A stretch of DNA of 64,000 bases from the human T2T-CHM13v2.0 reference genome, Homo sapiens, in the NCBI RefSeq assembly GCF_009914755.1, contig NC_060930.1. The stretch is one strand, 5' to 3'. Positions 27,691 through 44,029 of the stretch are shown piece after piece. The translations under genes and the position numbers were made by a program. How positions within the stretch are numbered: position 1 is the first letter of the stretch; each line of letters starts with the position of its first letter. Below the pieces are notes generated by a model. That model had not been told where the DNA came from. It did not search any database and saw nothing but the letters and a program-made list of their open reading frames with translations.

Positions 27691-29269
27691 TCCTAGAAGG
27701 AGATATATACTTTCTATACTTCTGTTTTGGAATACCTGAAAAGATAGTTTCTTGGCATTGGATATGTTAAGCAGATGCACATATGTTAGGGATGTTGTAG
27801 ACAAAAAGTGAATAAAAAGTATGTTGGGAGGGTGGTGTCCTTACAAGAATAAATTTAAATGGCTGTTAATTTTTAACAGCACTATTATGAAATATCAACT
27901 ATAAAATATAGGGCATATTACAGTATATAATGTTGGTAATAATGTCTGAGTGAATATTCTTTTCTTAGAAGGTCACTTAGGTGCTTTTGTTTTTTGAACA
28001 ATTCCTGAATAAACTTGTTAGAGTACTTTGTATCTGTGAAAGATTGCATCCCTTGTCAAAAACTTTCAATTTCACAAAAATTCCATCAACATTTTCCCTT
28101 CACAGCAACATGATAGTGCTTTAATTTTCTCAATGTTTGGCCACATTGTTAACTTATTTTTTTCCCCACTTTTCTTCATTCTGCTCCTTCCTTTGAGGCA
28201 GTGTTTACTTGTTCTTTATAGAGTTAACATTTGGTGCAATACAACTAGATTGTTAGAAACTTTTAAAAACCCTACTCAGTATTGTTATTAGCATTGTTTT
28301 GTCCATTACCAACCATTCACCTGTTTCCTTTCCTAGGATAATGTTAACTGTGCTTTATTAGATGCTCTCAGATATTTACCAATGACATTTTTGTAAATGG
28401 AATATTGTTTACTCTTAATCCTAAAGTTTACTCTTAATCCTTAATCCTTTGGAATGTCTGTTGACCTTACTGTAAATTTAAGGCTGTATAACTGATAGAT
28501 TTCAGCAAATTATGGCAGTGAGAGTTTTGATGGTATCTATTTTATGTCAAGTAATTCTTCAGTGACTATGTTAACATTTCACTGCATTGTGTAGAGTCTT
28601 ATTTTGTTTTTCCATGAGGTAATTTTTAAAACTACAGGGCTATTGAGAGATATTTAGTCCAGTAATACATTCCATATAGGGGCATTCAACGAGAAGATTC
28701 TTGTGTTACAAGGAAAGGATGTTAAAAAACCAGAATCTCTCAGTAAATTGTGGTCTGTAACAATTCCATCCCTGGGGAAGGGCGGCGCATTGAAACTTCC
28801 ATGACTATTAATCTTGAGAGAGAGCATGCATTGTCTTGTTGGACTGAAGCCTCTAGCCATCTTATCAAGCCAGAGCTACAAAAGTAGGATAACTTTGCAT
28901 CCCTTTTTGGCCCACTGGTGAAAATGAAAATGGTAGGAGTGGATGGACAATAGATTAGGTTCTTTGACAAGTAAGTGTTGAGTGACAGTCATGAATATTT
29001 CCCATTTCTTGATTTTACCAATTGTGTCTCTAAATTCACTCACCAGAAATATACAATAAGAAGCTGAATTTTCTTGGATTACTTAACTTGTTTTAGTGAA
29101 TGGGTGAGAAAGGTTTCCAGCTGTAGCTGTCAGGTTTTTTTCTGCAGCAGGCGCCTGCCTTCAGCGTTTTTGAGGATAACACGATACACTCTTTCTTCTT
29201 TTGCTACCATTAAGCATATTATGCTGCCTTTTGTAGGCAGGCCACCAGGCTATAAGTCGGACTCCGTAG

Positions 29270-29400
29270 TCTGGTTATGAGCTCTGAGGCATGGAGAGGG
29301 ATCTCTGGCCCTGGCTTTTCTACTGGTTGCTGGATGACCTTGGGCAAGTGAGTCAACCTCTTCTTTATCTTCTTTCCACTTTGTAAAACTGAGACTTTCT
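29270..29400 (+). mobile_element. MIR
   Basis: tgaccttgggcaagtgagtcaacctct core. Confidence 0.75.
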
Positions 29401-31353
29401 TTTTTTCTCTAGTCTTAAAAAAAAGTTTGCAACCATTAAATATAAAGGGTAAACAAGAGTTTCTTGAGTAAGTTAACACCTCTCTGGATACTTTAGTTAA
29501 TATAGATAGGATTACTTCTTGGATTACTACAGTAAATTAAACAAAATACTCTACATGCATTTAACATGTATTACAGATTGTCTATATTAAATAAAAGATG
29601 TAAGTCGTGTCTAATTTGTAGAAGTTATTTCAGTTTCTTTTGGAGGAAAGCAATGTAGTTATTTATGTTGTCCCTGTAAGTTGTATTACAGCATTAGAGA
29701 ACTTCTGGGGACACTGAAGAATTGTTTAGTCACTTACACCCTTAAACTCCCTTTAGGGAGTCCAGTTGATTCATGTGGACCCTCCAAATTATCTCGTTTC
29801 CCAAATTTTAAAATTGCATTGGGATTATTTCATCTCTTTAGGGCTTTTTTACTTTTCAATTTAATTTTGCTATGTTTTAAAAAAACTAGTGGATGAATTA
29901 TGCTCACTCTGAAAAGTATTTGGGTTCCAGTTTACATAAATTTAATTCCAGTTTTGTGTCCCAGAAGTATGCTATGTCTTTAAAATTCAGTTAGCTCATT
30001 AACACTCCAGTTCTCATATTTGAGTGCCCTATAAATCTGTATACTTGAGTAACCTGAGCTGCAATCTGAAGTTAATAATACAATCTGTTCTTAGGTATGT
30101 GACCGTAAAATTCCTTAAAGGGAGTCCTGTGTTTATGAATCTGAAAGTGTTGAGCTTGAGGTAACAGTGGGGCTAACATCTTATGTGAGGGTTTAAAAAT
30201 TATAATAATCTACTAATGGTAGAGATGTTTTCTAATAAGAGTAATTCTGTGACTCATTTTAGTTCCCTTGCTTTTTATTCCTGTGAGCCATAGAAAGAAC
30301 CCACTGTAGGGGGTTAGAAATATTTTTTCTTATGATTGTGGGATGAAAGAGTGGTTGCTTTTTCCAACCACCATATGTGGTGATTAGGCTTTTCAGAATG
30401 ACATTGGGGTACACACTGAGCATACAGCAACAGTCTTCCAAATAACTTATAATAAATAAAGTATGTAAGACGTTTCCCCCAGCCAGATGTAATCTTCAAT
30501 AGTAGAGGAATAAATTTAAAGTGACTTCCCACAGGAAAATTTGGGAAATGCCTGGATGGACCAAGAAGGCAGTCATGCTGTTAGAAATAAGCAAACTCCT
30601 TTCCTCCTTTCAGGTGAGAATATATGATGGTTCATTTAAATTTTGTTTTTGTGATTTCTGGGATTTCTTAGAAAATGCATGGATAAAACCAAAAAACTCC
30701 AGTGAACTAAAAGTCTATTTGAACTGTTTGAACCTTGCTTTGCATTTTTGCTTCCAATATTCAAAAACATTTAAGCAGATGGTACTCAGATAAGTGTGGG
30801 GACATCTCCCTGAGTGTGTAGTAACAGATCTAATTTTTGTAAATTGAATTGTACTTTACATCTAATAGAGACAGCACCAGTTCCTGGGGATTCTTGAAAG
30901 GTGGCAATCTAAATCACCTTTATTTTCTGAGCTTCCTCTCAGGTGCCTAAAACAGCAGCTTCAGAATTTCTGTGAGGATGAATGTGGGTGTTGAAGTGGG
31001 AGATAGCTAGAGAACTTGTCTTGAAATGGCATTTTGTTTTTCACAGACAGTGCTTTGAGATGGGTTTTATGTTTATTTAGGTGGGCTTGGGGTGGGGGGT
31101 TTTGTGATAGCCAGCCTTTGGTGCTTGTACTACTCTCAAACCATACCCGAGCCACATGTGCAGGCATGTGTGTAGAGACTTGAGGTGTACTGACCCAACT
31201 TGTCGCCAGCCTGGGCTCTCAGAAGGTTTCAGAAGTTTGTTCTTCTCTCTGCTCGATGGGAGTTAAAAAGTATAGCAGTGGAGAGATCCAGTGTGAGGGC
31301 CTGGACTTCCAACCTTCCAGGGAGAGCTGGGCTTGGGAGACTAAGAACTCCTC

Positions 31354-31373
31354 AGGTATGCCTGAACATGCCC
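31354..31373 (+). promoter_or_regulatory. Candidate p53-family element AGGTATGCCT-GAACATGCCC
   Basis: 19/20 match to two RRRCWWGYYY decamers with zero spacer; motif only. Confidence 0.35.
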
Positions 31374-31479
31374 AGTAGTCTATAGCAAGGACTGGCCACT
31401 GAAACACAACAGAAGACATCCTGCCAAACTAGCATCTCCTGAAGGCATTCTCGTTAAAACTGTGTATTCCTTCCATTGT

Positions 31480-31925
31480 TTTTTTCATTTAACAGATACT
31501 CAGTGAGCACCTTCTGGGACCATGTGTTCTAGAAATGGAGAACAAAGTAAACAGAGTAGAAAATATTTTGCCCTCTTGGAGCTTAGACACTATTGCAGGA
31601 GGCAATCAGTAAACAGATATACTAATACATATTTAAGTCAGATCCCAATAAATTTTATGAAGAAAAATGAAGCAGCTTACAGAAATAGCAGAGTGAAGGG
31701 AAGGGCTATGATAGATGGTTAGATGATAGTTGTCACTGACCACTGCTCTCAGGTGGTGCCTTTTGAGCAGACACTTGGTATCTGAGAAGAAGAGTTGGCA
31801 GCATGATAGCATGTGCAAAAGGCCTGAGGCAGGAATATGTTTGTCCTATTGGAGGAACAGCAATAAGCTTGGTGTGGTTGTAGTCGGGTAAGCAAAGATT
31901 GTAAGAGATGAAGTCATGAAAGTAA
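31480..31925 (-). mobile_element. L2
   Basis: tcatttaacagatactcagtgagcacc...agcatgtgcaaaaggcctgaggcagga. Confidence 0.8.
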
Positions 31926-32411
31926 CCAGTGGAACAAAATAGGGATGTCCATTCTTATCATTAGTAATCAACATTATGCTGGAGAGTCTAAATAATTAGA
32001 CTAGAAAATTGAAGAGTTGTTATTAAAAAAAAAGAAAAAGTAAAATTATTTGTATTTTAGTGAACATGAGTTTATGCTTTTGAAATCTAGAAGACTTTCA
32101 CTAAATAATTTAGAATCAATGAAATAATTGAGAGAAGAAGCTTGAAATACAATGACTGTTTATAAAATCTATAGGTTTTCCTCATATTATTAGTAAGAAA
32201 TAGCCAGAAATGGAAAATGACAAAGATATCCTATTTATAATTGAAACTATAAAATACTTTAGAATAAATTTTACAAGAAAGAAAGACAGTGGATACATAA
32301 AGAAAAGAATAAAATCTTAGGAAGGCTGTTAAAATCAGACTAAAATATACTGTGTTCTTAGGTATTCTTAAACAGTAGCACATAACACCATTTAATACAA
32401 CCCCAATTTGA

Positions 32412-32756
<345 letters not shown>

Positions 32757-32904
32757 CTACCTAAAAATATTTAAAACTATATATAAAAAATACATGCCCC
32801 AAATAGCCAAGAAAAAAACAGTGAAGAAGATTTTCTATTGCCTGAAATTAAAATTTACTGCAGTGCCATGTAAACAAGCTATGGCTGGGATTTGACATAT
32901 GGAA

Positions 32905-33470
32905 CAGGGGGTTAGCAATTTTTTTTCTATAAAGAGCCAGATAGTAAATATTTTCAACTTTGTGGGCTATATGGTCTGTCTTAATTATTCAACTCTGCCC
33001 TTAAAGCAGTGTTTTAGTCCATTTTGTGTTGCTGTAGCAGAATGCCACTGACTGGGTAGTTTACAAAGCATGAGATTTATTTCTTACGGTTCTGGAGGCT
33101 AGGATGTCTAAGGTTGAGGTGCCTGCATCTGGCAAGGACCTTCTTGCTGTGCCATGATGAAGGAAAAGAGAGCACGTGCAAGAGAGAGAAGGAAGGGGGC
33201 CAAATTCCTCCTTTTTCAAGAACCCACTCGTGATAAAGTCATTCTGTAGTGACATGAGGGCTCTGTCATGAGAGCTTCATTCATGAGGGCTTTGTCTAAT
33301 AACCTCTTAACAGTCCCACCAAACACTATTGCACTGAGAATTAAGTTTCCAACACATGAACTCCAGAGGACACATTCAAACCAATGCAAGCGCAGAAGCA
33401 GTTGTAAATAATAAATAAATCAGTGGATGTGACTGGATCTCTTCATTGCCAGTGGTTGGCCAATTCATGA
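32905..33470. mobile_element. MER58A interrupted by an LTR
   Basis: cagggggttagcaa...aactctgcc, resuming as agcgcagaagcag after 33388. Confidence 0.75.
33010..33388 (-). mobile_element. MST/MLT1A-type MaLR solo LTR
   Basis: tgttttagtccattttgtgttgct...aacacatgaact...cacattcaaaccaatgca. Confidence 0.85.
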
Positions 33471-34090
33471 TGTAGATCTTAAAACAAAATAGTGCTCAGA
33501 AATAGATAATATATGGCAAGAGTGCTATTTCAAGTCACTTGGGAAGGATAGTTTACTGAATAAATGGTGCTGACAGTTTATGTAAATTCTACTTAATTAT
33601 ACATACTTAATGTATGATGCTTTAAATATAAAAACCAAATAGTAAAACAATAGAAAAAAATTTAAGAGAATATTGTTATAACCTAGTGTTGAAGCAAAGT
33701 TTTTAAACAAGGCAGAAAATATAGAAGCTATAAAGAAAGTATAGATATTTGGCTACATAAAAAAGGAATGTTATTATGTATTATAAACATTTATAAACAA
33801 AAATAAACAAAAATAAAAATGGTATTCTGTGAAAAATATTTGCAACACATATAACAGAAAAAGGGCTATTTTCTTTACATCCAGTGTGCCTCTAGAAATG
33901 ACCTAGTAAAAACAGGGCAAAGAACAGTTTCTGAAAAGAAAAGCCAAGTGGGCAATGACTGTAGGAAAAGATGCTCAGTATCATAGAAGCTGTAACCTTT
34001 TGTAAAATGGGATAGTAATAGTACCCACCTCTTAGTGCTGTTGGAAGGATTAAATCAAATCATACAAATAAAGTATAAGAAAGTGGTTGG

Positions 34091-34418
<328 letters not shown>

Positions 34419-34929
34419 TCACTGCCTTTTCCAATAAACCTTTTAAAATTTATTCTGTTTTTTCAACTTAGCGTCATTACAGCATAATCTTTTGGTGTAG
34501 GTTATAATACCAAAATGCTTTCAGAGAATTAAAGTATAGGGATATTTCCTACAGCATCCCTGGATTTTGGATATATCCTACCTGCTTATTATAGTGGCTC
34601 TTTTCTCCTTTACTGGTAGACTGTCACCTGTCACTTCCCTGTGCTGGCTGTTTAGTCTAATGCACTATAGCACTTTCTTTAACCCTTTTTTTTTTTAATC
34701 TCTACTTCTGATAGCTAAACCAGAGAGCTAAAATCGATCAAGATCAACCATAGAACTGTTAACAGAGAGAGGAAAGTAGGCATTCTTTACAATTAATAAA
34801 CTAATTATGATTTTGTAGTAGATCTATTTTATAAATCTAAATATGTATCAGTATTTTTCCAAACATCTCATCTTTTTTCAGAGAAATTTACTGTGGGGCT
34901 CCTTTGAATAGTAGAATCCCCCTTTTCAG

Positions 34930-35230
34930 TTATATACATACATGTTTATATTCTCTCTATAGCACATATACATTTGTATATGTATGTGTATATATATACT
35001 GTATATATACTACATGTATTAAATTCTCCTTATGGTATGGTTACTATGTAAATCACCTGTAAATAAAATTATTTTATAAATATAAATATTTATAAATGTA
35101 AATATTTAATATATTTAATATTATATTAAAGAGATATGTATGTTCTATATAGAGATATGATATATGTTATAGATATAACATATCTATATCTGTGTTATAT
35201 ATGTATGAGAGTGTGTGTATGTGTGTTTGT
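34930..35230. repeat. TA-rich low-complexity tract
   Basis: Degenerate (TA)n/(TATG)n. Confidence 0.85.
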
Positions 35231-36276
35231 GCGTTCTCTTTCTTTATGGCAAGCATATTAAAAAAATAACAGAAATCCAAGACAAAAATTGCTTGAGTCT
35301 TTTAATCAAGCCATTATCTTCATTTTCATTCATGTCACTATGTGAATGCATAATTTGCATAGTAATATGTAGGAATATCATGAGTAGATTTTAATACTTT
35401 ATATTTTCATTTAATGCTTTTCTGCTGTCTTTTGTTTTTAAAGTTGTTTCTTCCTTTCTCTCAGTACTCCCTGTGCACAATTGACATGTCCAATACTCAT
35501 GCTTAATATGCTTGTTTTTATATTTTCAGGTATGAAAGACTTTTTTGGACTTAATCATTGTTTCCATTTTGGCACCATTTTTGTCCTTATCTCATTAGCA
35601 TAGTAAGCCTAAAATGTCCTAATTCCAGGAACGGATACAAATTCCATTCCATTTTATATTCAAAGGTTTGGATTTCTACCTTAATCCATTTCTTAAAGTG
35701 GCTAATGATTTTTATTACCCTAGTTGTCTCTAGGGCAGTAGCCTTTCTCAAATCATTTTAGTATAACTTTACAAAATGAATGCTGTAAATATACTATGAA
35801 ACCTTCTTGAGATCATTCCCAACTAAGAATCAAAATTAGTGACTTATCTAAACATTCACATTCTTTTATATGTTGGGAAAGTTCACATCATTGCTCTTAT
35901 CTGCCTCTAAATTCTTTCTCTCTGGATCGATAGTTTCCTGCTGGTTTTCAGAATCAAGTGCTTCTTATTTTTCTGAACCTTATTAATCTTAATTAGGCCT
36001 CCCTGGCTCTGGGGATTATTTAGAATTTCTTCAGGTAAAGGTCACACCTATTTGTAGTTCTTAATCTTTGCATTTTATCTACTTTGCGTGTCAAATGTTC
36101 AATGAAATGGAGCTCTACTGTAGGGACTCAATTTGTTAGACTGAGTACTCTTTCACGATCATCTATATACATCAGGTTTTATTCAGAGACTTCTAAAAGG
36201 AGCTATGATTTTTAGTTTCTGAAATTCCAAACCCCAATAAGCCAAACAGAACATAAATAAAAATAGTCGTATAGAG

Positions 36277-36640
36277 CAGCACTTCCCAACCTTTTTGGCA
36301 CCAGGGACTGGTTTCATAGAAGACAGTTTTTCCACAGACTGGAAGACAATTTTTCCACAGACTGGAGGGGTGGGAAATGGTTTCGAGATGAAACTGTTCT
36401 ACCTCAGATCACCAGGCATTAGATTCTCATAAGGAGCGTGCACCCTAGATCCCTCGCATGCACAGTTCACAATAGTGTTTGCACTTCTATGAGAATCGAA
36501 TGCCACTGCTGCTGCTCTGACAGGAGGCAGAGCTCAGGCAGTAATGCTCCCTTGCCTGCTGCTCACCTCCTGCTGAGTGGCCAGGTTCCTAACAGGGCAG
36601 GGACCATACTGGTCCATGGCCTGGGGGTTGGGGACCCCTG
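36277..36640. mobile_element. MER1B (hAT-Charlie)
   Basis: cccaacctttttggcaccaggga...gggttggggacccctg; 8-bp TSD gtatagag / gtataatg. Confidence 0.9.
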
Positions 36641-36954
36641 GTATAATGGATGTAGTATCAGTCACCACAGTCTCCTGCCTTATTATTCCATGAAGAAACC
36701 AAGAAAATAGTTTTAAAAGAAGATTGCGACTATTTAGTTTAGAACAATGTGCTAGGTAGAGACTTAACTTTTTCTTGGCTATTATCACAGATAGAATAGG
36801 AATGTTTATGTGCTCAGCTGGAGGGGTGGCAGTTTATATTTGTATATAAATATAGATTGGGATAAAGGTTTTGAACTTAATAATAAATGGTGTCTTAAGC
36901 TTACATGTTTTAGTTTTCAGAGCAGATTATACTAACAGCAGTAACAATAGCTAT

Positions 36955-37724
36955 GCTGAGAAGAATGCGGAGAAAGAGGAATGCTCATACATTGTTGATG
37001 GGAACATAAATTAGTACAGCTATTATGGGAAGCAGTATGGAGACTCCCAGAAAACTAAAAATAGAACTGCCATGCGACCCAGCAATCCCACTGCTGGCTG
37101 TGTATACTAAAAAAAAGAAATCAACTTATGGAAGAGATATCTCTGCTCCCATGTGTGTTGCAGCACAATTCATAATAGCCAAGATATGGAATCAACCTAA
37201 GGGCTCATCAGTGGGTGAATGAATGAATGAAGACAATGTTTTATATATATATATATTAGACTATTATTCAGCCATAGAAAAGAATGAAATCCTGTCATTT
37301 GCAGTAACATGGCCGGAAAGTCAGGCCAAGGAAGACAAATACATGTTCTCATTCATATGTGAGAGCTGGAAAAATGATCTTATGGAGCTAGTGAGCAGAA
37401 TAGTGGTAACCAGAGTCAGCAAATAGTAGGGGGAGTGGAGAATGAAGAGAGGTTGGTTAATGGGTATCAAAATACAGTTAGAAGAAATAAGTTCTAGTGT
37501 CCAGTAACACAGTAGGGTGACTCTAGTTAACAAGAATTTATTGTATATTTCAAAATAGCTAGAAGATCTACAATGTTCCTAACACAAGGAAATGATCAGT
37601 GTTTGAGATGATAGATGTCCCAGTTACCCTGATTTGATCAGTATGCACTGTATGCATGTATCCAAATAGCATATGTGCCCCATAAATATGTACAACTGTT
37701 ATGTGTCAATAAAAAACAAACAAA
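36955..37724 (+). mobile_element. 5'-truncated L1MA, sense
   Basis: L1MA 3'UTR with AATAAA at 37708; TSD aatagctat at 36946-36954 and 37725-37733; appears inserted in a MIR. Confidence 0.88.
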
Positions 37725-37734
37725 AATAGCTATT

Positions 37735-38015
37735 TCTTCTAATATCAGGCATTGGTCAAACAAATATACTTGCTTCTTTTTATAACCTCATAACCTAAAG
37801 GGATAGTTGCTGTTAATCATTTCCATTTTACTTTTGAGGAAACATGTATTTAGACAAGTTAAGTAACTAACCTTTGGATAATCACTGAAAACATAGAAGC
37901 CAGCTCCCAGAATAATATCTTCTACAAAGTAGAAGAGATTATTTTTGAATTAGTGTCTGAGCTGGGACTAAAAATCTAGGTTAATCTGATATTAAACCCA
38001 TGTTCTTGATCTTTG
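37735..38015 (-). mobile_element. MIR
   Basis: ccattttacttttgaggaaac...gttaagtaact. Confidence 0.6.
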
Positions 38016-39019
38016 AGGTACATTTCTTCTCACTTGATTGCCACATTAATTATGTCCAAAGGCCAGTGGCACTTAGGTTCTATAGAAATATTTGTGTGGA
38101 ATAAAAATTGTGTTCTACCAATTCTCCTTGCAGTTGCTTGTGTAGTGGATAGGATAATTTAAAATCATGGCCTGGTTCTTGAACAATCTTATTTTGTCAT
38201 CTTTGAGTTTTATGAACAGCAGATGGCAACAGGACAATGGTCAGTCAGCTTGACTGAGCAGTGAAACTTTGTTCAGTGAGCACCGGCACTGGGAACAACT
38301 GGTCAGTCATATCATTCAGATGGGAATGGCTCTCATTAGCTTTGAAACTCAGATATTAATGACTAATTGCCAGTAAGATCAGGCAATGCTGGTCAACCAG
38401 GCAACTTAACCTGTGCTCCATGTGGAAAGGCTGCTTTTGCAGCCTTTTAAGTTTGGTTGTAAAATGTAAAATTAATTTTTCAATCTCAAGTTTATTCAGA
38501 ATTCTATTAAAAACAATTGTTCTTTAGCCATTTTGGTATGCTGTTATTCTTTAATAAAATATCAGACTGTGAATTATTGCCTCTTCTCTTTAACTTTGTG
38601 TTGCTGTGTTCCCAAAGTACTTTATCCATATAATGAATGCATTACATATATTATGGTTATTTGATTACATGCATATTCCCAGCTTAACCAAGGACTGTTT
38701 GAAGGCAGGGCTGTTTTATACAATTTTGTATTTAACAGGTAATAGACTTTTAGGTGATCAGTCAATGTTGAACTAATTTGTACTGTAAAATGAAAGTCCA
38801 CTGTTTGGCTCTGTTGTTCATAATGTAAATATTCATTTACTTAAATTTAACTGAACCTATAGTTTAGCTGGAAAAGTGAAAATTTTATCTAAGAAAATAA
38901 ATGTAAGTTTAGGTTTCTGAGGCTGTCTATTGTTTACATGGGTAAAAAGCTAAAGCCCTCACTGTACAGCTATTTCAAATGTTTAACATATATTTACTCA
39001 TTTATTCCTTACATTAGCA

Positions 39020-39165
39020 GAGGTAGTTACATTGAAAATACTGAGTCATTGAGAGGTTGAGTAACTGGCCCCAAGACACATACTAACAAGGGTTGAGCTG
39101 GGATTTGAACCCAGGCAGTCCAATTCCAGAGTCTGTGCTCTTAACCAATATTCTATGCAGCCTCA
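39020..39165 (-). mobile_element. MIR
   Basis: gagctgggatttgaacccaggcagtc. Confidence 0.8.
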
Positions 39166-39399
39166 TTTATCTGTTATGTGTATGTATGTAAGTCAATATG
39201 TACAGAGAGATTGAAAGAGACTTTATCTTATATTTTATAGTGAATGTTATTATCACTTCTTGGAAAAATACAGAATTTTGCAGAGGAATGTATAGTTTTC
39301 TAAGGTCAACTTTCAACGTCAAGTAAAATAATTTAAAAAAATTTTCATGTAGATATACTTTGAGAGACATTTAGATGCAGTAGAATGGGTTTGGAAAAG

Positions 39400-39795
39400 G
39401 ACCAACAAAAGAATAAGGAAATATAAATCATGCTATTGTAGAAGACATTGTAAACATTTCATTCTGAGAGAATTTTATAAGGGAACTGCAAGTGTTTTTC
39501 AGATATTTGAAGGTAGAAATTGAGAGAGTTTGGCTTTGTTCTTTATAGTTTTGGTGGACAAAATTAAAGTCTTTGGTAGATGCTTTAGAGCAATAGGATT
39601 TTACACCATTTAAGGAGGAAATTTTTGCATGGAAGGTGGCCTTAGGAAATAATGAGCATTTTTCTATCAGGATGCTTAGATAGAGGCTGAAAACAGGGAT
39701 GTCACTGAGGATAATCAAGCATTCGGCTGATTGAGTAACTGAACTAGGTGATCACATTTAAGTTACCTTCTAAACCTGCAACTTAAAGATTCTAA
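39400..39795 (+). mobile_element. L3/CR1 3' end
   Basis: ttttcagatatttgaagg...gaactaggtgat...taccttctaaac...gattct. Confidence 0.55.
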
Positions 39796-39929
39796 TAACT
39801 TAGAAGGGATTCTGTTTTATTAATTTACTATGTAGGTGATTTCTAGTGAAACTTATGATCATTAATACCAGTGGTTGCGAAAAAATAATGCCTGTTACAG
39901 AATTATTCATAATAAGCTCATGGAAATTC

Positions 39930-40155
39930 ACTCATCATACTTAGTGTTTATTATGTGTCAGATACCTTGTTAAGCACTTTATCATTTATTACCTTTTTAC
40001 TCTTCACAGTAAACTTCTGGAGTGAGAACTATTATTGTCTTCTAGATGAGAGGTTCAGAAGTGCCCATGTTCACATTAACCAGTAAGTTGGCATGGCCAG
40101 AGCTTGAACCCGAGGCTTTCTGACTCCAAAACCTATATGCCTAACTACTGCACAA
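39930..40155 (-). mobile_element. MIR
   Basis: agtaagttggcatggccagagcttgaacccgaggctttctgactccaaa. Confidence 0.75.
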
Positions 40156-40505
40156 CCTTTCAACTTTCTAGTTCAGATCAGAAATTGAAAATCAAGGTAA
40201 TTAACATGACAAGGTTCTCAGAATATGATACTTTTGTTATTTACATAAGTAGAAAAGGTTCAGGCCATCCCTATCAGCTGGAGCAGACTGCTATAAAAAA
40301 AAGGAAGAATGAAATAGAAGAATTAGGGAAAGGAAAGAGAGCAAGGATGTTGTGTAGGAACTATTTCATGTCTAGTTGAAATGTGTTATAAAACTTAAAT
40401 ATGTTTTTTAAAGTTCTGTTTTGGGTGGCATAAATTTATAAAGCAAAATTCCTTCCTCCCTCCTTCGCTTCCTTCCTTCCAAAGAGTATTGAGGAGATTT
40501 TAATC

Positions 40506-40810
40506 TTTTTTAAATTTTTATTTTATTTTTTGAGAGTCTCGCTCTGTCACCCAGGCTGGAGTTCAGTGGCGTGATCTTGGCTTATAGCAACCTCCGCCTC
40601 CTGGGTTCAAGCAGTTCTCCTGCCTCAGCCTCCTGAGTAGCTGGGGCTACAGGCGCATGCCACCACACCCGGCTAGTTTTTGTATTTTTTAGTATAGACT
40701 GGGTTTTGCCATGTTGGCTAGGCTTGTCTTGAACTCCTGACCTCAGGTCATCTGCTGGCCTTGGCCTCCCAAAGTGCTGGGATTACAGGCGTGAGCCATC
40801 CTGCCCAGCC
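40506..40810 (-). mobile_element. AluS
   Basis: Antisense dimer. Confidence 0.93.
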
Positions 40811-40837
40811 TTATCTTTAAATTATTCAGTAAACAAC

Positions 40838-40970
40838 AGTCAAAAGAAAAATCTTAGCCACATTAAGTTAATAGAGTTCAGTTGAGCAAATAACAACTCG
40901 TGAATCTGGCAGCCTCGGAAACCAGAGTAGGCTCAGAGACTCTCCAGCGCAGCCAAGTGGTGGAAGATTT
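40838..40970. mobile_element. MER31/MER67-like ERV1 LTR terminal fragment
   Basis: aaaagaaaaatcttagccacattaagtt...gttgagcaaataacaactcgtgaatctggcagcc; stops abruptly at the L1 tail. Confidence 0.6.
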
Positions 40971-44027
<3,057 letters not shown>

Positions 44028-44029
44028 TT

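Noticed and set aside
28405-28450. Small tandem duplication tttactcttaatcct; similar 21-bp duplication at 60339-60380
   Set aside because: Ordinary slippage events.
28680-28803. Short open frame (NEKILVLQGKDVKKPESLSKLW...) as a possible pseudogene fragment
   Set aside because: No recognisable homology, poly-A tail or TSD.
31079-31100. G-rich run as a possible G-quadruplex (also 44873-44900)
   Set aside because: Only three properly separated G3 tracts.
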